64,000 nt of DNA from Flavobacteriales bacterium (GCA_016719225.1 JADKAN010000001.1:573728-637727), one strand, 5' to 3'. Counted from the first letter of the stretch, positions 15,454 through 26,239 are shown. A program made the numbers and translations. Notes: generated from the sequence alone by a model not told the origin.

Positions 15454-16125
15454 TCAACGGGCGCCAAAAATGGACGTACCTACACGGACCATCGTGGAAC
15501 CGGCCGCCAATGCTTGGTCCAGATCGCCGCTCATGCCCATCGAGAGTTCCGTGAACTGCGCCAAATAGGGCAAGTGAAGCGCGTTGATCTGCCGTTGCAG
15601 TGCCGCCAGCCCGTTGAATTCGGCCTCAACTTGCGCGTTGTCTTCCGTATTGGTGGCCATGCCCATCAATCCGCGGAAACACAAGTTCATCCAATGTTCT
15701 GTATGCGATTCCGACAATAATGGCAGCACTTCGTCATTGGAAAAGCCATGCTTGGTCTCCTCCTGTGCGATGTGGACCTGCAGGAGAATGTCGATCATGC
15801 GCCCAGCTTGTGCTGCGCGCTTATCCAACTCATCCAAAAGCGCACGGCTATCCACGCCGTGGACAAGATGCACGAAGGGTGCGAGGTATTTCACCTTGTT
15901 CGTCTGCAGGTGCCCTATGAAATGCCAACGGATGTCTTCGGGCAAAAGCGGCTGTTTTTCGCGCAGCTCCTGGGGGTAGTTCTCGCCGAAATCCCGGTGG
16001 CCCAGGTCGTAAAGTGCCTTGATCTCCTCAACGGTCCGCTTCTTGCTTACTGCCACTAGTAATACTCCGGATGGCAGGCCGTCCTTGACCTTGCGGAAGC
16101 GCTGCGCTAAGCCCTCCTTGTCCAT
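15454..16125 (-). CDS. yggS: YggS-family pyridoxal-phosphate homeostasis protein
   Basis: LVAVSKKRTVEEIKALYDLGHRDFGENYPQEL and HFIGHLQTNKVKY are canonical YggS/PROSC blocks. Its start overlaps the stop of the upstream DUF1015 gene. Confidence 0.85.
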   Translation of the reverse strand: MDKEGLAQRFRKVKDGLPSGVLLVAVSKKRTVEEIKALYDLGHRDFGENYPQELREKQPLLPEDIRWHFIGHLQTNKVKYLAPFVHLVHGVDSRALLDELDKRAAQAGRMIDILLQVHIAQEETKHGFSNDEVLPLLSESHTEHWMNLCFRGLMGMATNTEDNAQVEAEFNGLAALQRQINALHLPYLAQFTELSMGMSGDLDQALAAGSTMVRVGTSIFGAR

Positions 16126-17345
16126 CAATTGTCCTCCAAGGAGTAGATGGTGAGCCCGCTGCGCAACTTGGGTTCCACCCACGTGGTCTTGGGTGGCATC
16201 AGTCCAAGGTTGTCCGCAACAGCCGCAAGGCTTGCGAAGGGTATGGCGCAGAGGTTGAAGGCCACATCGGCTTTGCCGGTGTCCACCAGCTTGTCCAGTG
16301 CGGCCAACGGATCAGTGCCGGGAATGAAGCGGATACGCGGGTCGGTGCGTAGATCCATGACACCCAGTATCGGGCCCAACACCGCAGCGCTGAGTACGGA
16401 GGCATCCAACGCTTCGGTCACATCCGTACCCATGGGTTTGGGCAATTCAAGCCGGTACCAGCCGCTTTGCGTGCGTACCTGTACATGTCCTGCGGGAGCG
16501 CAACGTTCTGGACCGTCGGGGAGTACCGTCAATGTCCCTGTTCTGCCAAGTGCTTCCAAGAATGAAGCAGGGGAGTGACCGTTCAGGCCCGATACCGCGC
16601 GGTCGAAATTGAAGATGTGAAGCTGGTTGTGCGGTACCAAGTAGGCCAAGCACCACGCCTTTGGGTCTTCGCCTTTCGCACCAGAAGCCTTGGCCAGGCG
16701 GGCACTGCTGGCACTGCGGTGGTGACCGTCGGCGATGTAGAGTGCGTCCAACGCCCGGAAATGGTCGGCGAGCGCGTCGATCTCCGCGGGCTCATCGATC
16801 TTCCAGAAACGGTGGCGGATCCGATCGGTGGTGCAGAAGTCGTAGAGCACAGGCTTTACCGATAATCCGTGGAGGTGCTTTTCCAGAACAGGAGGGCCGG
16901 GTATCGCGAGCAATACCGGTTCGGCGTTGATCCCCGTGTGCTCGAGGTATTCGGTGAAGATCGCCTCCCGTGCCGTGAGCGTCTGCTCGTGGACCTTGAT
17001 CCGGCCTTCGACATAGTCGGCGACACTGACGGCACCGATCAAACCCATCGAAGTGAATGCTGCACAACTTTGCTCATAGAGATAGAAGGCCGGCCGTTCC
17101 TCACGCAGCAGGATACCTTCATGGGTGAACTCTTCGAATTTGTGCCGGACACCATCGAAATGCTCAGCACGCGTCAAGCCCACCCGATCGTGGTCCGCAT
17201 GGACGATGTGTAGGAAGGAGTAGGGATTGCCAGCCAATTTCTCGCGGAGCTCACCCGGTGTATACGTCAGGAAAGAACGTGATCCCACGAGGTGCGCCGT
17301 ATGGGGCGCGGGCCGCCATGCCCGAAAGGGCCGTACCCTGATCAT
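16125..17345 (-). CDS. DUF1015-family protein (conserved, function unknown)
   Basis: 406 aa. N-terminus MIRVRPFRAWRP and overall pattern match the DUF1015 family. Translationally coupled to serA upstream and yggS downstream. Confidence 0.6.
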   Translation of the reverse strand: MIRVRPFRAWRPAPHTAHLVGSRSFLTYTPGELREKLAGNPYSFLHIVHADHDRVGLTRAEHFDGVRHKFEEFTHEGILLREERPAFYLYEQSCAAFTSMGLIGAVSVADYVEGRIKVHEQTLTAREAIFTEYLEHTGINAEPVLLAIPGPPVLEKHLHGLSVKPVLYDFCTTDRIRHRFWKIDEPAEIDALADHFRALDALYIADGHHRSASSARLAKASGAKGEDPKAWCLAYLVPHNQLHIFNFDRAVSGLNGHSPASFLEALGRTGTLTVLPDGPERCAPAGHVQVRTQSGWYRLELPKPMGTDVTEALDASVLSAAVLGPILGVMDLRTDPRIRFIPGTDPLAALDKLVDTGKADVAFNLCAIPFASLAAVADNLGLMPPKTTWVEPKLRSGLTIYSLEDN

Positions 17346-18322
17346 CCGCGTCCCACGGTCACTTCATCGCGCCAAGCCGAAAGGATATCCACCAGCTCAT
17401 CGCCGATGCGCTCCTGGGCTTCCATGGTGGCCGCCCCGATGTGCGGGCTAAGGCTCACGTTGGGGTGCGCCAGCAGGTCCGCGCGGGGAGTAGGCTCGTT
17501 CTCGAAAACGTCCAATGCGGCCGCTTTCACCTTTCCGGAATTCAGCGCTTTCAGCAGCTCCTCTTCGTCCAAAGAATTGCCGCGGGCCGTGTTCACGATC
17601 AGCATGCCCTTTTTCATCTGCGCGAATTCCTTCGCACCCAACAAGGGGGTGCCGTCATCCGTTGCAGGTACGTGCAGGCTGATGGCATCGCAAGCATTCA
17701 ACAGTTCCTCCATGGGCACCATCTTGATCCCAACGCGGACCGTGTCCCCGTTCAATTGCACCTCGATGTGGTCCACTGTGGAGCTACGGTCATAGTAGAG
17801 CACTTTCATGCCGTTCCCGATGGCGTAGCGTGCCACCCATTTGCCGATGCGCCCGAAGCCAACGATACCCAGGGTCTTTCCGCGCAGCTCGGCGCCTTTG
17901 CCGTAGCTCTTCTTCATTTCCTTGAAGCAAGCGGCGTCGTGCCCTTCAACGCACATGCGGCGGTTCGCCTTGTAGAGGTCGCGGGTCATGCTGAAGAGAT
18001 GCGCCATCACCAGTTCCGCAACACTGATGCTGCTGCTTGCAGGCGTGTTCACCACCCGAAGACCTTTCTTCCGTGCATAAGCCACGTCGATGTTGTCCAT
18101 GCCAACGCCGCCGCGCGCGATCAACTTCAACCCGGGGCAGGTGTCAATGAGGTCCTTGCGCACTTTGGTGGCGCTGCGGACCAACAAGGCGTCCACCTTT
18201 TCGGTATTGATGTAAGCCGCCAATTCTTCCTGTGGCACAAAATCCACCGTGACGGTGAAGCCTTGTTCCTTCAGGGCTTCCTGTGCCGGTGCCGAAATTC
18301 CGTCGTTCGCGTGTACGCGCAT
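17342..18322 (-). CDS. serA: D-3-phosphoglycerate dehydrogenase (short form, D-isomer 2-hydroxyacid dehydrogenase family)
   Basis: GxGxxG NAD motif (GIVGFGRIGKWVARYA). Catalytic R/E/H pattern of 2-hydroxyacid dehydrogenases (NTARGNSLDEEEL...SPHIGAAT). Lies directly downstream of serC. Confidence 0.8.
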   Translation of the reverse strand: MRVHANDGISAPAQEALKEQGFTVTVDFVPQEELAAYINTEKVDALLVRSATKVRKDLIDTCPGLKLIARGGVGMDNIDVAYARKKGLRVVNTPASSSISVAELVMAHLFSMTRDLYKANRRMCVEGHDAACFKEMKKSYGKGAELRGKTLGIVGFGRIGKWVARYAIGNGMKVLYYDRSSTVDHIEVQLNGDTVRVGIKMVPMEELLNACDAISLHVPATDDGTPLLGAKEFAQMKKGMLIVNTARGNSLDEEELLKALNSGKVKAAALDVFENEPTPRADLLAHPNVSLSPHIGAATMEAQERIGDELVDILSAWRDEVTVGRG

Positions 18323-18324
18323 GT

Positions 18325-19395
18325 TCAACCGTTCTTTTTTGCGAATTCCTCCATCACTTCCGTCAAGGCTTTTACGCTTTCCAAAGGCAATGCGTTGTAC
18401 ATGCTTGCCCGGTAGCCGCCTACGCTGCGGTGCCCGCGAATGCCGTTGATACCGGCCTCTTTCCACATGGCATCGAAGGCGGGTTCCAAGGCCGCGTCGT
18501 TCAGCACGAAGGTGGGATTCATGTCACTGCGGTCCTCTTTGGCCGTGGTGCCATTGAAGAGGGGCAGGCGGTCGATCGTGCCGTACATCAGTTCGGCTTT
18601 CGCAGCATTGCGCTTGGCGATCTCCGCGATGCCGCCGATGCGCTTCATCCATTCCAGCGTGAGCATGATGACGTAGATCGGGAACACGGGCGGGGTATTG
18701 TACATGCTGTCCTTCGCCGCGTGGTTGGCCAGGTCCATCATGGGGCTCAGCTTCTTGCCCGTTTTGCCAAGGGTGGCCGGGTCGAAAAGGTACATGGTAG
18801 CGCCCGCAGGGCCCATGTTCTTCTGTGCACCGGCATAGATCAAGGCGAAGTCCTTCACGTTCACAGGACGGCTGAAGATGTCGCTGCTCATGTCGCAGAT
18901 CATCGGCACCGGGCTTTCCGGGAACTGCTTGAACTGCGTGCCGAAAATGGTGTTGTTGCTGGTAAAGTGGAAGTAATCCGCGTCACTCGGGATGGTGAAA
19001 CCCTTCGGGATGTAGCTGAAGTTCTTGTCCTCGCTGCTCGCCACCACCTCTGCGCCACCGGCCAGTTTGGCCTCCTTGATCGCCCGCGTGGACCATTCAC
19101 CGGTGTTGACGTAGGCCCCTTTGCCGCCGGGCTTCATGTAGTTCTGTGGTACCAAGTGGAAACCCATACTGGCTCCGCCGCCCAAGAACACGGTTTGATA
19201 GTGCGCCGGTGCTCCCAAAAGCTCTTTCACCAGTTCGCGGGACTTCAACATCACCGCCTCGAAAGGCTTGCTGCGGTGGCTTATTTCCAAAATACTGAGT
19301 CCGCTGCCCTCAAAATCCAGCACGGCATCCGCTGCCTTCTGGAACACCTCTTGCGGAAGAATGCATGGACCTGCACTGAAATTATGGACTTTCAT
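18325..19395 (-). CDS. serC: Phosphoserine aminotransferase
   Basis: MKVHNFSAGPCILPQEVFQKAA N-terminus is the SerC signature. Class-V aminotransferase PLP-Lys region follows. Confidence 0.9.
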   Translation of the reverse strand: MKVHNFSAGPCILPQEVFQKAADAVLDFEGSGLSILEISHRSKPFEAVMLKSRELVKELLGAPAHYQTVFLGGGASMGFHLVPQNYMKPGGKGAYVNTGEWSTRAIKEAKLAGGAEVVASSEDKNFSYIPKGFTIPSDADYFHFTSNNTIFGTQFKQFPESPVPMICDMSSDIFSRPVNVKDFALIYAGAQKNMGPAGATMYLFDPATLGKTGKKLSPMMDLANHAAKDSMYNTPPVFPIYVIMLTLEWMKRIGGIAEIAKRNAAKAELMYGTIDRLPLFNGTTAKEDRSDMNPTFVLNDAALEPAFDAMWKEAGINGIRGHRSVGGYRASMYNALPLESVKALTEVMEEFAKKNG

Positions 19396-19608
19396 CTTGG
19401 TGTCTGTAGGCATCGGGACGGGATTTTGTGGCCGCGAAGGTAATGGATCAGGTTGCGCGATGTTCGGAGCGCACGACCACTTGCGATCGCTGTCAGTCTT
19501 TATCGCGGTAAGGCATTGCTCAAGAACCAATGTGTGCTTGAGTGAAGGCTGGTAAGGGTCGGGCCGAAATGATCCGTCGATCCCATTCGTGACGGTACAA
19601 ACAGAGCT

Positions 19609-20433
19609 TTACGGTTTCGGCTTCGGGACCTTGAACGGCTTCTGCTTATCCGGACCGCGCACATCCACATCGCGCTGCATTTCCCAGTGATCCTTGTCCC
19701 AGAAATACGCGTCATAGGTCATGTCCGGGGCCATGAAGGCGGGGTTCCCTGCGAAGGCAGGGTCGGTGGGCGCGAGGTGGTCCGCGACGATGGAAAGGTG
19801 CGCAGCGTCCCATTTCAACGTCATTTTACCTTGGGCGCTGTAGGCGAAGAGTTTCCGCATACTGCGCTTGCGCCCATCGGGAAAAGCAGCTGCACCGAAC
19901 TTGGCGGTGGGGGCGAAGCTGAGCACTTCCACGACTTTTTGCGTCTCGATGTCGCTCACGCCTTTCCAGCCCAGCAGGGTGTACCACGTCTTCGCGCCAC
20001 GCGTTACGGGGATCACTTCGTAGTACAGTGCGCCGTACCAATTCTCCGGTGAAAGTTGCACGCTGGCCGGACTGGTAATGTGGTCCGTCATGTCGCGGAG
20101 TTCCACCAGGTCCTGGCCGTGCTTGTTCCTAACCAGCAGAAAACCTTCATATCGGAAGGAACCGTCGACTTGGCGCAAGTTCCATGTGAACAGCCGGAAA
20201 GCACCATCGGTCGGCTCCACATGACTGATCGGCACGCCTTTGAACGACGCTGTCCACGCTGAATCGCTTTCCAAGATCGTACCGAGCTGCTGCTTCACCA
20301 TTGCGGAAGCACTGTCGCGCGCATCATCGGAGCCGGCATCGCCGATGGCTTTCAAACTTCCTACAAGATCGGCATACCCCTGACCAAAGGCCGCGTAGGG
20401 TAACAGGAGCGAGAAGAGGATGGGCTTGATCAC
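19609..20433 (-). CDS. Secreted hypothetical protein
   Basis: Signal peptide MIKPILFSLLLPYAAFGQ. 274 aa. No recognised motifs. C-terminal Pro/Lys-rich tail KPFKVPKPKP. Confidence 0.5.
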   Translation of the reverse strand: MIKPILFSLLLPYAAFGQGYADLVGSLKAIGDAGSDDARDSASAMVKQQLGTILESDSAWTASFKGVPISHVEPTDGAFRLFTWNLRQVDGSFRYEGFLLVRNKHGQDLVELRDMTDHITSPASVQLSPENWYGALYYEVIPVTRGAKTWYTLLGWKGVSDIETQKVVEVLSFAPTAKFGAAAFPDGRKRSMRKLFAYSAQGKMTLKWDAAHLSIVADHLAPTDPAFAGNPAFMAPDMTYDAYFWDKDHWEMQRDVDVRGPDKQKPFKVPKPKP

Positions 20434-20584
20434 AACGCGGGAACGTGGAAGGACTGTGCCAAAGTACGCGTTATGACAAGGTGCCGTTGAACTTCACCAA
20501 CCGCCTATACAACCCTTGGTGTTCAAAACCGGTGTGCTCTTTGCCCATACCACGCCGCATGTGCTGATAGTTTTGGCCGGATAG

Positions 20585-23500
20585 ATGAAGCGCTCCCTCC
20601 TTATCCTACTTCTCGGTACGGCCATTTCCGTTTCCTTCGGCGGTGGTCCGCCCGCACGCAGTAACGGCACCATGCCACCCTTTTTGGACGTTCGCACGCC
20701 GTGGGCGGATTCCGTGATGCAAACACTGGACCTGGACCACCAGATCGCCCAGTTGATGATGGTGGCGGCCTACAGCAATAAGAACGAAGGACATGCCGCC
20801 GATATCGAAAAACTCGTCCGTGAACAGGGCATCGGTGGCCTGATCTTCTTTCAAGGAGGCCCCGTGCGCCAAGCGAAATTGACCAACCGTTACCAAGCTG
20901 CCGCCAGCACGCCGTTGTGGATCGGGATGGACCTTGAATGGGGGCTTTCCATGCGCTTGGACAGCACCGTGCAGTTTCCCCGGCAAATGACGTTGGGTGC
21001 CTTGCAGAACGTGGATAAGATCGAAGCCATGGGTGGTGAGATCGCACGCCAGATGAAGCGCCTCGGCGTGCAGGTGAGCTTTAGTCCGGATGTGGACGTG
21101 AACATCAACTCCGCCAACCCGGTGATCAGCGATCGCAGCTTCGGTGAAGATCCCGAACAGGTAGCCTTGAGGGGCATCGCCTACATGCGTGGGCTGCAGC
21201 GCGGCGGTGTGATCGCAACCGCCAAACACTTTCCCGGCCACGGTGATACCGATCAAGACAGCCACAAAACGCTTCCGAAAGTGACCGCATCGCGGGCGCG
21301 CCTCGATTCCGTGGAACTACGTCCTTTCCAGCAACTCATCGATGCCGGTGTGGGTGCTGTGATGGTGGCACACCTCGAAGTGCCCGCTTTGGATAGCACG
21401 CCCGGCTTGCCAAGCACCATGAGCCGCAAGATCGTCACCGAGTTGCTACAACGTGACATGGGTTTCGAAGGCTTGGTGTTCACCGATGCGCTCAACATGA
21501 AAGGCATCGCCGACGCTGATAAGCCGGGGGCCATCGAGTTGCGCGCCCTGCAAGCAGGTAACGATGTGCTGCTTTTTCCGCAGGATCCGGTGAAGGCCAT
21601 CGCCACTATCCGCAAGGCCGTGGAGAATGGCTTGATCGCGAAGGAGACCATTTCCTACAAGTGCCTGAAGGTGCTCCGCGCCAAGGAATGGGCAGGCTTG
21701 GACAAGTTGAAGCCGATCGAACTGAATGGTCTTACCGCTGACCTGAACAGACCCGATGCACTTGCCTTGCGCCGCAGCCTGTATGCCGACGCGCTTACCG
21801 TGGTGGCCAACAAGGGCCTGATCCCCATACGGGCGCTGGACAGTTTGAAGATAGCCTCCCTCGTGATCGGGGATGCAAAGCACAACGCTTTCCAAAAAGC
21901 CTTGGGCCGCTACGCTCCTGTGAAGGAATTTTCCTGTGGCAAGATCCTGAACGCCGCCCAGTCGCAGCAGGTGCTGGATTCGCTCAAAGGGTTCGATCTG
22001 GTCATCACCTCCGTACACCAAGTTTCCACCCGCGCTAACAAGGAATTCGGCGTGCCGCAGCTCACCTTGGATCTCCTGCGTCGCCTGAACGACCAGCAAA
22101 CTGCCATCAACGTGCTGTTCGCCAACCCGTACCGCTTGGGAACGGCCATCGGCGCGCAGCGTTGGAAGGGCGTGGTGGTCGCGTACGAGGAGAACGACGA
22201 TACCGAGGACCTTGCCGCTCAAATGCTATTCGGCGCCATCCAGGCAACCGGCACGTTGCCCGTTACGGCATCGCAATTCTTCAAGCTCGGGCAAGGCGAG
22301 GAGACGGCTTCGCTGCAACGATTGCGCTATGGGCTGCCTGAAGAGGATCGCATGCAAAGCAAGGACCTGGGCCGTGTGGACAGTATTGTGCTGGACGGGA
22401 TCAAAGCGGGTGCGTATCCGGGTTGCCAGGTATTGGTGGCCCATGACGGCATGGTGGTGCTGAACCGCTCCTACGGTTCGCCAACCTACGCCAACGCGCG
22501 ACCGGTTGAAACGGATGACATCTATGACCTAGCGAGCATCAGCAAGGTGATGGGCACCACGCTCGCCTTGATGAAATTGAGCGATGAGGGACAAGTGGAC
22601 GTGGAGAAAACACTCGGCGACTACCTGCCTTGGATCGTATCTTCACCTTACCATGCCAGCCTTAAGCTCAGTGAGATCCTGGCGCACCAATCCGGGTTGA
22701 AGCCCTTCGTGCCATTCTACCGCAACCTGATGGACGGTAACCAGCTGAAGGCGGGTATATCCGTATCGAAGCCGGACAATGATCACACGTTGAACGTGGC
22801 GGATGGCATCTACATCAATGCGGCGTACCAGGATTCGATCACGAAATGGATCCTTGCCACGACGCTGGGCAAGCGAGGCGATTATGTCTACAGTGACATG
22901 GGCATGTACCTGCTGAAGTTGGTGATCGAGAAAGTCGCCGGCTTGCCTATGGACCAATACCTCCGCAAGGAATTCTATGCGCCGTTGGGACTGGCCACTA
23001 TGGGCTACTCGCCGCTGGTGAACTTTCCCAAGGACCGCATCATGCCTACGGAGAACGATATGGTTTTCCGGAAGCAGCAGATCCAAGGTTATGTGCATGA
23101 CCCCGGTGCCGCGATGATGGGCGGCGTTGCCGGACACGCTGGCCTCTTCTCAGATGCGAACGACCTCGCCATTGTGTTGCAAATGCTGCTCGATGGAGGC
23201 ATCTATGGCGGAAAGCGCTACTTGAAACGGGCGACCGTGGACCATTTCACCAAATGCCGATTTTGCACAGGGGTGCAAGGCAAGGGTAATCGGCGGGCCT
23301 TGGGCTGGGACCGGCCCACCGAGCGCGGGCAGCCTGGCCCTGCATGTGCGGATGCCAGTTCCGCCAGCTTCGGCCACACGGGTTTTACCGGTACGGTGAT
23401 CTGGGCGGATCCGCGCGACCGCTCCATCTACGTTTTCCTCAGCAATCGCGTGTTCCCTGATGCTGGCAACAAGAAGCTGGCACACATGGACATCCGTACC

Positions 23501-23593
23501 AAGATCCAATGTGCCATCCATAACGCCATTGCAAAGGGTGGCCACGAAGGGCTGGTGCCATTGATGATCGATGAGCCGTTAGCTCAACCCTGA
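20585..23593 (+). CDS. Bifunctional glycoside hydrolase family 3 (NagZ-like beta-N-acetylhexosaminidase) / serine hydrolase (beta-lactamase-fold) fusion protein
   Basis: 1002 aa with a signal peptide. GH3 N-terminal catalytic blocks (KHFPGHGDTDQDSHKTLP, GFEGLVFTDALNMKG). A C-terminal domain carries the beta-lactamase/PBP SxxK motif (ASISKVMGTT) and a YSD-type element (YVYSDMGMY). Confidence 0.8.
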   Translation: MKRSLLILLLGTAISVSFGGGPPARSNGTMPPFLDVRTPWADSVMQTLDLDHQIAQLMMVAAYSNKNEGHAADIEKLVREQGIGGLIFFQGGPVRQAKLTNRYQAAASTPLWIGMDLEWGLSMRLDSTVQFPRQMTLGALQNVDKIEAMGGEIARQMKRLGVQVSFSPDVDVNINSANPVISDRSFGEDPEQVALRGIAYMRGLQRGGVIATAKHFPGHGDTDQDSHKTLPKVTASRARLDSVELRPFQQLIDAGVGAVMVAHLEVPALDSTPGLPSTMSRKIVTELLQRDMGFEGLVFTDALNMKGIADADKPGAIELRALQAGNDVLLFPQDPVKAIATIRKAVENGLIAKETISYKCLKVLRAKEWAGLDKLKPIELNGLTADLNRPDALALRRSLYADALTVVANKGLIPIRALDSLKIASLVIGDAKHNAFQKALGRYAPVKEFSCGKILNAAQSQQVLDSLKGFDLVITSVHQVSTRANKEFGVPQLTLDLLRRLNDQQTAINVLFANPYRLGTAIGAQRWKGVVVAYEENDDTEDLAAQMLFGAIQATGTLPVTASQFFKLGQGEETASLQRLRYGLPEEDRMQSKDLGRVDSIVLDGIKAGAYPGCQVLVAHDGMVVLNRSYGSPTYANARPVETDDIYDLASISKVMGTTLALMKLSDEGQVDVEKTLGDYLPWIVSSPYHASLKLSEILAHQSGLKPFVPFYRNLMDGNQLKAGISVSKPDNDHTLNVADGIYINAAYQDSITKWILATTLGKRGDYVYSDMGMYLLKLVIEKVAGLPMDQYLRKEFYAPLGLATMGYSPLVNFPKDRIMPTENDMVFRKQQIQGYVHDPGAAMMGGVAGHAGLFSDANDLAIVLQMLLDGGIYGGKRYLKRATVDHFTKCRFCTGVQGKGNRRALGWDRPTERGQPGPACADASSASFGHTGFTGTVIWADPRDRSIYVFLSNRVFPDAGNKKLAHMDIRTKIQCAIHNAIAKGGHEGLVPLMIDEPLAQP

Positions 23594-23785
23594 GCAGCCG
23601 AGCGTCGTTGCTGTTTTCCGCCAAGTAATGGTTCTTTATTTCATCCGCGACAACGTGATTCGGAACGATGTTCGGGTCTTGTATACCTGGATCGACGACG
23701 GCTGTAAGTGCTTGGGATAAGCCCCATTCCACGTTCCTTACCTTTGTGCGGCGCGGGAAGTACCCGGGCCAAATACCGAATTCAA

Positions 23786-25030
23786 ATGCCAACAACGACA
23801 TCCCAAGAAAGCCGCAGCCAGAAAGCCATCCGCGTCGAAGACAAGTTCGGCGCACACAACTACCACCCGCTTCCGGTGGTACTGGAAAAAGGCGAAGGCG
23901 TTTTCCTTTGGGATGTGGAGGGCAAGCGCTATTACGACTTCCTCAGTGCCTACAGCGCCGTGAACCAAGGTCACTGCCACCCGCGCATTATCGATGCCCT
24001 TATCGACCAGGCCAAGAAGCTCACGCTCACCAGCCGCGCGTTCCACAACGATGTGCTGGGCGAATACGAAGAGTACATCGCCAACTACTTCGGTTACGAC
24101 AAGGTGCTGCCCATGAACACCGGCGCCGAGGCCGTGGAGACCGCCATGAAGCTGGCCCGCAAATGGGGTTATGACAAGAAGGGCATCCCCGCGAATGAGG
24201 CCCGTATAATTGTTTGCCGGAATAATTTCCACGGGCGCACCATCGCCATTATCAGCGCCAGTACGGATACGGACAGCCGTGGCGGGTTCGGCCCGTTCAC
24301 GCCGGGGATCGACATCATACCCTACGACAACATCCCGGCACTGCAACGCGCTTTGGAACATCCGCATGTGGCCGCCTTTATGGTAGAGCCGATCCAAGGC
24401 GAAGCTGGCGTGATGGTGCCGCACGAAGGATACTTGAAGCAAGCGTTCGAGGCCTGCAAAGCGCGCAATGTCCTCTTCATGGCGGATGAAGTGCAGACCG
24501 GCATTGCCCGCACCGGCAAAATGCTCGCGTGCGACCATGAGGGTGTACGGCCCGATGTGCTCATCCTCGGCAAAGCCATCAGTGGTGGCGTGCTGCCCGT
24601 TAGCGCAGTCCTGGCGGACGACGAGATCATGCTGGTGATCAAGCCCGGCCAGCACGGAAGCACATTCGGCGGGAACCCGTTGGCGTGCCGGGTGGCCATG
24701 GTCGCCTTGGAGGTGGTGAAGGACGAGAAGCTCGCGGACAACGCACAGCGGTTGGGCGAACTGTTCCGTGCCGAAATGAACAAGCTGGTCAAGGAATTCG
24801 GCTTCGTGAAACTTGTGCGCGGCAAAGGCCTATTGAACGCTGTGATCATCGAGCCGCGTGCGGACGGTAGGACGGCTTGGGAACTTTGCTTGTTGTTGGC
24901 GCAGAACGGCCTGCTGGCCAAGCCAACGCATGGCGACATCATCCGCTTCGCACCTCCGCTCACCATTACCGAGGAGCAATTGATGGCATGCTGTGCCATC
25001 ATCCACAAGAGCGTGCAGGAATTCGCCTGA
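23786..25030 (+). CDS. rocD: Ornithine aminotransferase (ornithine--oxo-acid transaminase), class-III PLP aminotransferase
   Basis: [45 protein letters not shown] and [35 protein letters not shown] (the PLP-Lys) are OAT signature blocks. Confidence 0.85.
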   Translation: MPTTTSQESRSQKAIRVEDKFGAHNYHPLPVVLEKGEGVFLWDVEGKRYYDFLSAYSAVNQGHCHPRIIDALIDQAKKLTLTSRAFHNDVLGEYEEYIANYFGYDKVLPMNTGAEAVETAMKLARKWGYDKKGIPANEARIIVCRNNFHGRTIAIISASTDTDSRGGFGPFTPGIDIIPYDNIPALQRALEHPHVAAFMVEPIQGEAGVMVPHEGYLKQAFEACKARNVLFMADEVQTGIARTGKMLACDHEGVRPDVLILGKAISGGVLPVSAVLADDEIMLVIKPGQHGSTFGGNPLACRVAMVALEVVKDEKLADNAQRLGELFRAEMNKLVKEFGFVKLVRGKGLLNAVIIEPRADGRTAWELCLLLAQNGLLAKPTHGDIIRFAPPLTITEEQLMACCAIIHKSVQEFA

Positions 25031-25144
25031 TCCGCGCTTCCATTAAATACCGGACACCGCGAGGTTGTGATCTCAACTTGAACGGCTGGGTCCCATCGGA
25101 ACTACGGTGGCAGTTCAACACGTGCTCCTGAACAGGCCGTCGCT

Positions 25145-26239
25145 CTATTGAAAGCGGGCCTTCAGCTTGAGTATGGGTTTCTCGTAGAGCTCGTAAGAGG
25201 CAATAGCAAGGCCCATGAACAACAGGATGCTCAGCGGCGCGGACTTCACCGTGGCCCCGGCTGCACCGGTGCTCGTGGCCAATACGTGGTAGAGGTATAC
25301 GCCGTAGGAGATCTTGCCCAGGTAAGCGAGGGGGCGGAATTCCAACAACCGGGTCAGCGCACCCTCTTGTCGTTCCATGATCGCAAGCAGGAGGACCGCA
25401 ACGCCAGCGGCTTGTATCACGAAGGCCATCGGAAGCAGCGCAACCGGGAGGTACAGCGGTGATAGGAAAAGAGCAGCGCTTAGTGGAAAGGCAAGGCTTG
25501 ACAAAGCCAAGTGCCGACATGCCGCTGGCCGTTTGAACAAGAGCACAGCCATGAACGCACCTACCATGATGGGGCCTGCCGCTGGGAAGAACCACCGACT
25601 TACGAAGAAGGTATCTTGTAATGTGTAAACATGGCCGTTATGAGGAAAGCTCAACCCAGGCAGGACATACGCCGCTAAAACTGCTAGGGCGACGGCAGCT
25701 AGTGCTGCAAAGGCCAACCGACGGTGTGGCAGCAGCGTGATCAAGAACGGCCAAACGAGGTAGAATTGCTCCTCGACCGCCAACGACCAAGTATGCGAAA
25801 GTTGACCGTTCAAGAGAAAATGCGGTATGAAATTATAGAGGTAGGCGAAGGAGAGCAACAGGCCGATGGGATACACCGTGTATACCCCGAAAGCTGTGCC
25901 GATAAGCAACAGGACCAAAAAGAGAATGAAGGGAGGGGTGAGCCGCAAAAAGCGGCGAGCATAAAAGGAGCGCAAGTTGATCTTGCCTGTACGGGCCTGC
26001 TCGCGGATGAGGATCCGCGTGATCAAGAAGCCGCTCAAGGTGAAGAAAATGTTCACCCCGGTGACCCCGCTGACCAGCGGGTGGAAACGGCCCTGGAAGA
26101 ACGCCGTGTCCGGCAAGTAATCCAGCACGCTCATGTGGGTAAGGATCACCAAGATTATCGAGATCGCGCGCAGGCCATCAAAACCCTTGATATGACTGGA
26201 TGCCTTTCCGCTACCCACAAGCTCCGGAGCAGTGCCCAT
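25145..26239 (-). CDS. Acyltransferase family 3 (OafA/YrhL-like) integral membrane protein
   Basis: Start MGTAPELVGSGKASSHIKGFDGLRAISIILVILTHM, the acyltransferase-3 N-terminal signature, followed by about 10 TM segments. Confidence 0.75.
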   Translation of the reverse strand: MGTAPELVGSGKASSHIKGFDGLRAISIILVILTHMSVLDYLPDTAFFQGRFHPLVSGVTGVNIFFTLSGFLITRILIREQARTGKINLRSFYARRFLRLTPPFILFLVLLLIGTAFGVYTVYPIGLLLSFAYLYNFIPHFLLNGQLSHTWSLAVEEQFYLVWPFLITLLPHRRLAFAALAAVALAVLAAYVLPGLSFPHNGHVYTLQDTFFVSRWFFPAAGPIMVGAFMAVLLFKRPAACRHLALSSLAFPLSAALFLSPLYLPVALLPMAFVIQAAGVAVLLLAIMERQEGALTRLLEFRPLAYLGKISYGVYLYHVLATSTGAAGATVKSAPLSILLFMGLAIASYELYEKPILKLKARFQ

